Source of the DNA: an uncultured Chloroflexia bacterium
GTDB lineage: Bacteria > Chloroflexota > Limnocylindria > Limnocylindrales > CSP1-4
Direction: 5' to 3'
Length of the DNA stretch: 64,000 bases
NCBI GenBank assembly: GCA_963819655.1
Contig: CAWFXA010000001.1
Location: forward strand, 256,001 to 320,000
Both the position numbers and the translations under genes were made by a program. Position 1 is the first letter of the stretch; each line of letters starts with the position of its first letter. Positions 56,886 through 64,000 of this stretch are shown here, in pieces. A model generated the notes under the pieces. The model saw only the letters and a list, made by a program, of their open reading frames with translations, was not told where the DNA came from and did not search any database.

Positions 56886-59066
56886 ATGGACCCGGTCTCC
56901 ATCCCCTCCATCCCGGCCGCCTCATTCCCGCTGCCGCCGCGGTTGGAGGGCCTCCGGCGCCTCGCCTACAACCTCCATTGGGCGTGGAGCCCGAAGACGC
57001 GCAACCTGTGGAGCCTCATCGACCGGACGGCCTGGAACCGCTACCGCAATCCGGTCCCGGTCATCAGCGGCCCGACCGAATGGTCGCGGCTCCTCGACGA
57101 CGAGAAGTTCCTCGCCGAGTACCAGGACGTCCTGGCCGACTTCGATCGGTATATGGCCGACGGCACGGGTCACTGGTTCCAGCAGAAGCACGGCGACAAG
57201 CTCGGCGGACCGATCGCCTACTTCTGCGCCGAGTACGGCATCCACGAATCGCTCGGCATCTACTCGGGCGGCTTGGGGGTCCTCGCCGGCGACCATATGA
57301 AGTCGGCAAGCGACATGGCACTGCCGTTCGTCGGAGTCGGACTGCTCTACCGCAAGGGCTACTTCCGGCAGTCGATCGACGCGGACGGGCACCAGGAGCA
57401 CAACTACCCCGACTACGACCTGAGCCGCCTGCCGCTCGCGCGCGTCCAGGACGCGAACGGCCTGCCGCTGACAGTCAACGTCGAGCTGCCCGGCCGCGAC
57501 CTGTCGGTCGCGGTGTGGCTCGCGCAGGTCGGCCGGGTCCCCGTGCTTCTGCTCGACACCGACGTCGCGGACAACGCGGTCGAGGACCGGCCGATCACCC
57601 ACATCCTGTACGTCCGCGGACGCGAGATGCGGCTGCACCAGGAGATCGTGCTGGGCATCGGCGGGGTGCGCGCCATCCGGGCCCTGGGGCTCGCGCCGGA
57701 CGTGTGGCATCTCAACGAGGGCCACTCGGCACTCCTGCTCGCCGAGCGCGCCCGCGAGTTCGTCGCCGAGGGCCTGCCACTGGACGCGGCGTGGGCACGC
57801 GTCAAGCGTGACGCGGTGTTCACGATCCACACGCCGGTCTCCGCCGGCAACGAGCGCTTCGAGTCCGACCTCGTTCGTCGTGTCGCCGGCCCCCTCCTCG
57901 ACGCGGGCAAGGTCCCGGTCGAGCGCGTCCTCGAGCTCGGGCTGGGCACGGACGGCGACCGAGGACAATTCGACATGACAGCGTTCAGCCTGCGATTGAC
58001 GAACGGCGCGAACGCCGTAAGCAAGCTCCACGCGCACACCGCCAACAGCACCTGGCGGGGCGTCGTGGAGCACGAGATCCTGGCGGTGACCAACGGGGTC
58101 CACGGACCGACCTGGGTCGGCTCCCCGGTCGTGGAGCTGCTGTCGCGTCACCTGGGCGCCGACCTCGACAAGCTCGATGCCGGCGCTCGCCAGGACCGGT
58201 TCTGGGAGCGACTCGGCCGGATCCCGACCGACGAGCTGTGGGAGGCGCACCTCCGCCAGAAGCGCGAGCTGGAGATCTTCGTCCACGGCCGGCTACGGAA
58301 CCAGTTCTCCCGGCACGGCGAGTCGCCGTCGGTCCTCGCCGAGGTCGAGTCGATCCTCGATCCGAGGATCCTGACGATCGGCTTCGCCCGGCGCTTCGCG
58401 ACCTACAAGCGGGCAGGCCTGCTGTTCAGCGACATGGACCGCCTCGCGCGCCTGCTGTGGAACGCCGAGCGTCCCGTGCAGGTCATCTTCGCCGGCAAGG
58501 CCCATCCCGCGGACCGGCCCGGCCAGAAGGTCATCCAGGAGATCTTCCAGTACTCACGCTCGCCGAAGCTGCGCGGCCGGGTGTTCATCCTCGAGGACTA
58601 CGACATGCGCGTCGGGCGGTTCCTCGTGCAGGGCGTCGACGCGTGGCTCAACAACCCGCGCCGACCGCTCGAGGCGTCCGGGACATCCGGCATGAAGGCG
58701 GCGCAGAACGGCGTCCCCAACATCAGCGTGCTCGATGGCTGGTGGGACGAGGGCTACCAGGGCGACAACGGCTGGGCGATCGGCGGTCGGGAGACGATTG
58801 CCGACGAGGCCGCCCAGGACTGGTCCGACGCCGAGGACCTCTACCGGCTGCTCGAGGAGGAACTCGTCCCTGCCTACTACGACCGGGACAAGGCCGGCAT
58901 CCCCCTTCGCTGGGTCGAGACGATGCGCCGTGCCATGGCCACCTCGCTGTGGCAGTTCTCGACGACCCGCATGCTCGAGGAGTACACCGAAGGGCTGTAC
59001 CTGCCGGCGGCCGGGGTCGAGGTCAAGGTCGTGGTGCATGAGCCGGTCGTGACCGAGGCCGGCTGA
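56886..59066 (+). CDS. glgP: Alpha-glucan (glycogen) phosphorylase
   Basis: YSGGLGVLAGDH.K, ARRFATYKR, EASGTSGMK. Confidence 0.96.
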   Translation: MDPVSIPSIPAASFPLPPRLEGLRRLAYNLHWAWSPKTRNLWSLIDRTAWNRYRNPVPVISGPTEWSRLLDDEKFLAEYQDVLADFDRYMADGTGHWFQQKHGDKLGGPIAYFCAEYGIHESLGIYSGGLGVLAGDHMKSASDMALPFVGVGLLYRKGYFRQSIDADGHQEHNYPDYDLSRLPLARVQDANGLPLTVNVELPGRDLSVAVWLAQVGRVPVLLLDTDVADNAVEDRPITHILYVRGREMRLHQEIVLGIGGVRAIRALGLAPDVWHLNEGHSALLLAERAREFVAEGLPLDAAWARVKRDAVFTIHTPVSAGNERFESDLVRRVAGPLLDAGKVPVERVLELGLGTDGDRGQFDMTAFSLRLTNGANAVSKLHAHTANSTWRGVVEHEILAVTNGVHGPTWVGSPVVELLSRHLGADLDKLDAGARQDRFWERLGRIPTDELWEAHLRQKRELEIFVHGRLRNQFSRHGESPSVLAEVESILDPRILTIGFARRFATYKRAGLLFSDMDRLARLLWNAERPVQVIFAGKAHPADRPGQKVIQEIFQYSRSPKLRGRVFILEDYDMRVGRFLVQGVDAWLNNPRRPLEASGTSGMKAAQNGVPNISVLDGWWDEGYQGDNGWAIGGRETIADEAAQDWSDAEDLYRLLEEELVPAYYDRDKAGIPLRWVETMRRAMATSLWQFSTTRMLEEYTEGLYLPAAGVEVKVVVHEPVVTEAG

Positions 59067-59069
59067 GCC

Positions 59070-61214
59070 GTGCCGCCCAGGATCTCGCTGGCCCTGGCGC
59101 TCCACAACCACCAGCCGGTCGGCAACTTCGGATGGGTCTTCGCGGAGGTCTACGAGCAGGCCTACCAGCCGATGATCGCCGCGCTCGAGAGCCACCCGAC
59201 CGTGCGGATGTCGCTGCATTACACAGGCCCGCTGCTCGAGTGGCTCATCGCCGAACGCGGCGAGGCGGTGGCCCGCCTGCGCGCGCTCGTGGACCGCGGT
59301 CAGGTCGAGATGCTGGGCGGCGGCTATTACGAGCCGGTTCTCGCGTCGCTCCCCGAACGTGACCGGATCGGTCAGCTGCAACGGATGACGGCCGAGGTCG
59401 AGCGCTCCTTCGGTACCCGACCGAGGGGCGCGTGGCTGGCCGAGCGTGTGTGGGAGCCCGACGTGCCGACATCGCTCGTGGCCGCAGGCTACGACTGGAC
59501 GATCCTCGACGACGCGCACTTCCGCGCCGCAGCCATCCCGGAGGACGATCTCTGGGGGCCGTACACGACCGAGGACCAGGGTCACCTGCTCCGGGTGTTC
59601 GGGACGGAGCAGGGCCTGCGCTACCGGATCCCGTTCCGCGAGGTCGACGAGGTCATCGACTACCTGCGCTCGCATGCGACCGACGCCGGCGACCGGATCG
59701 GGATGATGGGCGACGACGGTGAGAAGTTCGGAGCGTGGCCCACGACCTGGGAGCACTGCTGGGGCAAGAAACGCTGGGTGGAGCGCTTCTTCGAGGCGCT
59801 CGAGTCGAACGTCGACTGGCTCACGACCACGACCCCGTCCGCCTGGCTCGCCGACCACCCGCCGATCGGCCGGGTCTACGTCCCGACGGGCTCATATGCC
59901 GAGATGGGACACTGGGCGCTGCCGCCCGACGAGGGCATCGTCTTCGGCGACGTGCTCCATCGCGCACAGGAGGAGGGCCGACCCGAAGCGCGCTGGCTGC
60001 GCGGCGCCTCCTGGCGCAACTTCCAGGTCAAGTACCGCGAGATCAACGACCTGCACAAGCGGATGCTGCGGGTCTCGGCCGCTGTCGCTGCGATGCCACA
60101 CGGTCCGGCCCAGGAGCAGGCGCTCGACCACCTCTACCGGGGCCAATCGAACGACTGCTACTGGCACGGGCTGTTCGGCGGGATCTACATCAGCCACATG
60201 CGGCTCGCCACGTACGAACACCTGATCGCCGCCGAGGATCTCGCGGAAACGGCCGGCGGCTCGCTCGTGACGGCGTCGCTGCGGGATCTCGACATGGACG
60301 GGATCGACGAGGTCCTGCTCACCGACGAGGGCCAGGTCGTCACGATCGACCTCGACGGCGGAGCGGGCATCGGCGGCTGGGACATCCGCCCGGTCCGACA
60401 CGCGCTCGCAGCCGTCATGCGTCGGCGGCCGGAGGCCTATCACGAGGCGATCCGGTTCCTCGATGAGGGTGACGATGCAGCGGCGCCCGCCACCGGTGAC
60501 GCCAGCATCCCAGCCTCCATCCATGACGTCGTGCGAATCAGGGAGAAGGGTCTCGCCACGCACCTGGTCTACGACGCCTATGAGCGACGATCCGGACTCA
60601 TCCGCTGCCTCGCGACTGACGCGACCCCCGCGGACTGGGCGATGGCCCGGGCGATCGAGCTCGGGGATGTCGTTGACGGCGCCTTCGCGGTCGAGCAACT
60701 TGGGACCGGCCGCCTCGTCACGCGACGCGACGCGACGATCGCGGGTGCGACCATCCGCGTCGTGAAGACGCTGACTCTCGGTGGCGACCGGCGTGCACCG
60801 ACATTGACCGAGCAGGTGGACCTGGAGCACCTCGATGGCCCGGAGGTCGAGAGCCGCGTCGGCATCGAATGGGCGCTGACGATGCTGGGCGGCGGCGGGA
60901 ACCCGGCGGCGTGGTGGGACGTCGGCGGTGAGCGGACCGGGCACGATACGAGGGGCACCGCCGCCGACCTGTCGACGATCGCCCAGGGCAATGAATACAT
61001 CGGGGTATCCGTGACGACGACGACCAGCCCAGCCGACGCGTGGTGGGCGCCCATCGAGACGGTCTCCAACTCGGAGGCCGGGTTCGAGCGCGTGTACCAG
61101 GGCAGCGCGCTACTCCTCTCGTGGCCCGTCCGGCTGGCAGCGGGCGAGCGCTGGACGCGGACGATCGTGAATACGGTCGCCACGGCCCGGGACCGGGCAG
61201 AGGAGGACGAGTGA
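59070..61214 (+). CDS. GH57 alpha-amylase/4-alpha-glucanotransferase
   Basis: HNHQP, WLAERVW, DDGEKFG, QSNDCYWHG. Confidence 0.92.
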   Translation: MPPRISLALALHNHQPVGNFGWVFAEVYEQAYQPMIAALESHPTVRMSLHYTGPLLEWLIAERGEAVARLRALVDRGQVEMLGGGYYEPVLASLPERDRIGQLQRMTAEVERSFGTRPRGAWLAERVWEPDVPTSLVAAGYDWTILDDAHFRAAAIPEDDLWGPYTTEDQGHLLRVFGTEQGLRYRIPFREVDEVIDYLRSHATDAGDRIGMMGDDGEKFGAWPTTWEHCWGKKRWVERFFEALESNVDWLTTTTPSAWLADHPPIGRVYVPTGSYAEMGHWALPPDEGIVFGDVLHRAQEEGRPEARWLRGASWRNFQVKYREINDLHKRMLRVSAAVAAMPHGPAQEQALDHLYRGQSNDCYWHGLFGGIYISHMRLATYEHLIAAEDLAETAGGSLVTASLRDLDMDGIDEVLLTDEGQVVTIDLDGGAGIGGWDIRPVRHALAAVMRRRPEAYHEAIRFLDEGDDAAAPATGDASIPASIHDVVRIREKGLATHLVYDAYERRSGLIRCLATDATPADWAMARAIELGDVVDGAFAVEQLGTGRLVTRRDATIAGATIRVVKTLTLGGDRRAPTLTEQVDLEHLDGPEVESRVGIEWALTMLGGGGNPAAWWDVGGERTGHDTRGTAADLSTIAQGNEYIGVSVTTTTSPADAWWAPIETVSNSEAGFERVYQGSALLLSWPVRLAAGERWTRTIVNTVATARDRAEEDE

Positions 61215-62653
61215 CTCGTCCCTCGCTCGTCGTCCACGGCCATTTCTATCAGCCGCCCCGTTTGGACCCGTTCACCGGCATCATGCCGCTGGACCCGACG
61301 GCGGCGCCGGCTCACGACTGGAACGAACGGATCAGCGCCGACTGCTACCGACCGAACGCCGAGCTCGGCAATCTCGCCGCGATCTCGTGGGACCTGGGGC
61401 CGACACTGGCCGGCTGGCTCGAGCACGGCGACCCGATCGCCTATCGCGGGTTCGCCGAGGGCGATGCGGGCGCCCGGGGGATGGCCCAGCCCTTCCATCA
61501 CACGATCCTGCCGCTGGCGTCGGCGGCGGATCGGCGCACCGAGGTCCGTTGGGGCCTGCGCGACTTCGAGGTCCGCTTCGGCCGCCGGCCGGCGGGCATG
61601 TGGCTGCCCGAGACGGCGGCCGACCTGGCGACCCTCCGGCTGCTGGCGGACGAGGGTATCGACCACACGATCCTTGCGCCCTGGCAGATCGACGGCGGAT
61701 CGTTCCTCGATACCAGGCGTCCGGTCCGCCTGGATCTCGGCGACGGCCGGTCGATCGTCGCGGTCATCTACGACGGGCTCCTGTCGGCAGCGGTGTCGTT
61801 CGAGGCGATCTCGACGGTCGATGCGGATGCCTTCGTGCGCGACCGCCTCATCCCGCGCTTCCATGAGCCGCCGACCGACGACGCGGCATCGCCGCTGGTC
61901 GTGATCGCGACGGACGGGGAGCTGTACGGCCATCACCGGCCTGACCGCGAGCATTTCACGGCCCGCTTGGTCGGGCGATCGGCACCACCCGACCTGCCGT
62001 TCGCGACGCCCTCGCTGGGCGACGCGGTGGCCCAGGCCGAGGCGCGCGGTCTCGCGCTGCGTGCCTTGCGCGAACAGACGTCGTGGAGCTGTCATCACGG
62101 CATCAGCCGCTGGTCGTCGACCTGCGACTGCACCGTCGATGGGACCTGGAAAGCGCCCTTGCGTTCGGCCTTGGAGCGGTTGGCCGGTGGGATCGATGCG
62201 GCCACGGAGCAGCTGGCGGCGCGCCTGCCGGGCGCACCCGATCCGTGGGCGGCGCGCGATGCCTACGTCGACGTCGTGATCGGCGCGGAGTCGCCGGAGT
62301 CGTTCGCCGACGCCAGGCTCGACCGCGGCGCCACGCCGGATGACCGGAGTCGCCTGCACCGGCTCATGGAAGCCCAGCGCTGGCGTCTCGCGATGTTCGC
62401 GAGCTGCGCCTGGTTCTGGGAGTCGCCCGACCGCATCGAGACCGCCGGCGCGCTGCGTGCCGCGGTCAGGGCGGCGCGCCTCGTCGATGAGCTCGCGGGC
62501 ACCGATCTCGAGTCGCGCCTCTGCGCCGATGTCGGCCTGCTCGTCGGGAACGGTCACGGGGGCGTCGAGCTGCTTCGCCAGGCCCTGATCGCCGTCGGCG
62601 CACCCGATCGCCTCGAGAATCCGTCAGCCCGCGGCCTGCGCGCCACGGGCTGA
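61211..62653 (+). CDS. GH57-like (DUF3536-type) glycoside hydrolase
   Basis: HGHFYQPPR, WLPETA, TDGELYGHH, SWSC.HG. Confidence 0.88.
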   Translation: MTRPSLVVHGHFYQPPRLDPFTGIMPLDPTAAPAHDWNERISADCYRPNAELGNLAAISWDLGPTLAGWLEHGDPIAYRGFAEGDAGARGMAQPFHHTILPLASAADRRTEVRWGLRDFEVRFGRRPAGMWLPETAADLATLRLLADEGIDHTILAPWQIDGGSFLDTRRPVRLDLGDGRSIVAVIYDGLLSAAVSFEAISTVDADAFVRDRLIPRFHEPPTDDAASPLVVIATDGELYGHHRPDREHFTARLVGRSAPPDLPFATPSLGDAVAQAEARGLALRALREQTSWSCHHGISRWSSTCDCTVDGTWKAPLRSALERLAGGIDAATEQLAARLPGAPDPWAARDAYVDVVIGAESPESFADARLDRGATPDDRSRLHRLMEAQRWRLAMFASCAWFWESPDRIETAGALRAAVRAARLVDELAGTDLESRLCADVGLLVGNGHGGVELLRQALIAVGAPDRLENPSARGLRATG

Positions 62654-62710
62654 CGAGGAGGTATTGCTATAGTCGGTTAGGCCAAGGCAGCATATTTGGA
62701 CTACCAGACT

Positions 62711-63751
62711 ATGTCAATGGACGAGATCCTCGGGAATGGCGCCGGACAGACCCGGACGACGGGGGACAGCCTCGACGTCGAGCGGGACTCCGACGTCCCG
62801 ATCTCGACGCAGATCTACTGGCAGCTCGCCTACCAGATCGACTCAGGGCGGCTGCTGTCGGGCGCACGCCTTCCGCCGGTCCGCGAACTCGGGGCGGCGC
62901 TGCGCGTCAATCCCAACACGATCAGGGCCGTCTATCGGCGCCTCGCCGATGCGGGCTACGTCACGAGCCGCCACGGCGCCGGCACCCACGTCGCCGATCG
63001 GCCGCCTCAGCGGCGCGGCGCGGAAGCCCTCGCCGGGATCGTGGCCGAGCTGTTGCGACGGGCGGCCCATGCCGGCTTCACGGCCGATGAGGTCGCCGCC
63101 GCGACGTTCGCGGCCGCTACGGAGCGGAAGCGTCCCGGACCCCTCGTCCGGGTGCTGTTCGCGGAATGCACCAGCGCCGACGCCGGCTACGACGCGGAGC
63201 GCTTGGTCGACGCGTTCCCCGGCATGATCGAGGCCGAGGGGGCGCTCATCGACGACCTGCCCGAGCGGCTCGACCGGTTCCACTACGACATCGTCGCGAC
63301 CACCACGTTCCACGCCGACGAAGCCCAGGTCCTGGCGGCCGGTCGGGTGCCAGTCGTCGCGATGCTCCTCGGACCGGGCTACCTGGAGCTGGTCCACGAG
63401 ATCGCCGGCCTCCCGCCCGGTTCACGCGTGGGGCTCGTCTGCGCGAACGAGCGTGGCGCGGAGAACATGCTCCAGACGCTCCAGCTGTCGGGGACGACCG
63501 GCATCGAGATCGTCCCCGCGCTCATCGGTGAGACGGACCGGCTCAAGGTCGTCGACGAGGCGTCCGACCTGATCCTGCTGTCACGCGAGGCTCTCGCCGC
63601 GGGTCTCGATCGGCAGATGCACGATCGCGACCGGATCCGGCCGTGGTCGTACGAGTTCGATCCGGCCGGGCTCGAGCTGCTTCGACGGGCCATCGACCAC
63701 GTGGCGGCCGAGCGGCCCGCCGAGCGGCTCGCCGAGGTTCCTGCCGGCTGA
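62711..63751 (+). CDS. GntR-family regulator (YtrA-type HTH with a long C-terminal domain)
   Basis: RLPPVRELG..LRVNPNTIR.VY..L...GAGT; start uncertain (62696, 62711 or 62717); TATAGT at 62668. Confidence 0.88.
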   Translation: MSMDEILGNGAGQTRTTGDSLDVERDSDVPISTQIYWQLAYQIDSGRLLSGARLPPVRELGAALRVNPNTIRAVYRRLADAGYVTSRHGAGTHVADRPPQRRGAEALAGIVAELLRRAAHAGFTADEVAAATFAAATERKRPGPLVRVLFAECTSADAGYDAERLVDAFPGMIEAEGALIDDLPERLDRFHYDIVATTTFHADEAQVLAAGRVPVVAMLLGPGYLELVHEIAGLPPGSRVGLVCANERGAENMLQTLQLSGTTGIEIVPALIGETDRLKVVDEASDLILLSREALAAGLDRQMHDRDRIRPWSYEFDPAGLELLRRAIDHVAAERPAERLAEVPAG

Positions 63752-63783
63752 CGATGGCCATAGGCGCATGCCATCCTTCGACG

Positions 63784-64000
63784 ATGGGTGGTCTGGCCCG
63801 GCGAGACTTCCACGTCCGCCGCTCGGCGCGCGATCGGTACGGCATCGATGAGGTCCTTCTCGGCCTTCGCGGCGACCTCGCCGTCGCCGACCTCGCGGCG
63901 ATCAGGGTCCTCGCCCAGCGGATGAACGAGGCGCGCCCGCCGGAGGCGCCGGGCGTCTCGGCGGGTGAGATCGGCGCCCTCGGCCTTCTCCACGAGGTCG
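63784..64000 (+). CDS. N-terminus of a probable large alpha-amylase-family protein; runs off the right edge
   Basis: Open frame MGGLARRDFHVRRSARDRY...RMNE...AGEIGALGLLHEV resembles the FH.SR.AR.RY N-termini I recall from large GH13 proteins; glycogen-gene context. Confidence 0.6.
   Translation, partial: MGGLARRDFHVRRSARDRYGIDEVLLGLRGDLAVADLAAIRVLAQRMNEARPPEAPGVSAGEIGALGLLHEV

Overview
High-GC (roughly 70%), tightly packed bacterial chromosome segment. Gene style (many leaderless genes, GH57/GH13 glycogen genes, Lgt, Hanks kinase) suggests Chloroflexota, possibly Limnocylindria/Ellin6529; this is inference only. It holds about 55 genes and one tRNA-Gly(TCC), with no CRISPR array, transposase or integrase seen. 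The most notable system (6.6-15.5 kb) is a translationally coupled operon: carrier protein, ACAD-fold flavoenzyme, SerRS-like amino acid:carrier-protein ligase, DUF1839-like protein, GH2 glycosidase, tandem alpha/beta-hydrolase and flavin reductase, with a divergent AcpS-type PPTase. The flavin reductase suggests the ACAD-fold enzyme is a two-component monooxygenase in an uncharacterised non-ribosomal amino-acid tailoring/transfer pathway. Other signals read directly from the DNA: (1) an ECF-type promoter GGGGAACC-N15-GTGTA present three times, upstream of a sigma/anti-sigma pair, a lipoprotein and a cupredoxin; (2) 14-17 nt tandem duplications at or next to stop codons of four unrelated genes; (3) a Nur-like regulator divergent from a NiCoT transporter; (4) candidate IscR-, MprA-, TetR- and DosR-like boxes; (5) a Met-rich uORF coupled to an EamA gene; (6) four broken reading frames that could be real or assembly errors. 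All product calls come from motif recognition by eye, with no database searches.
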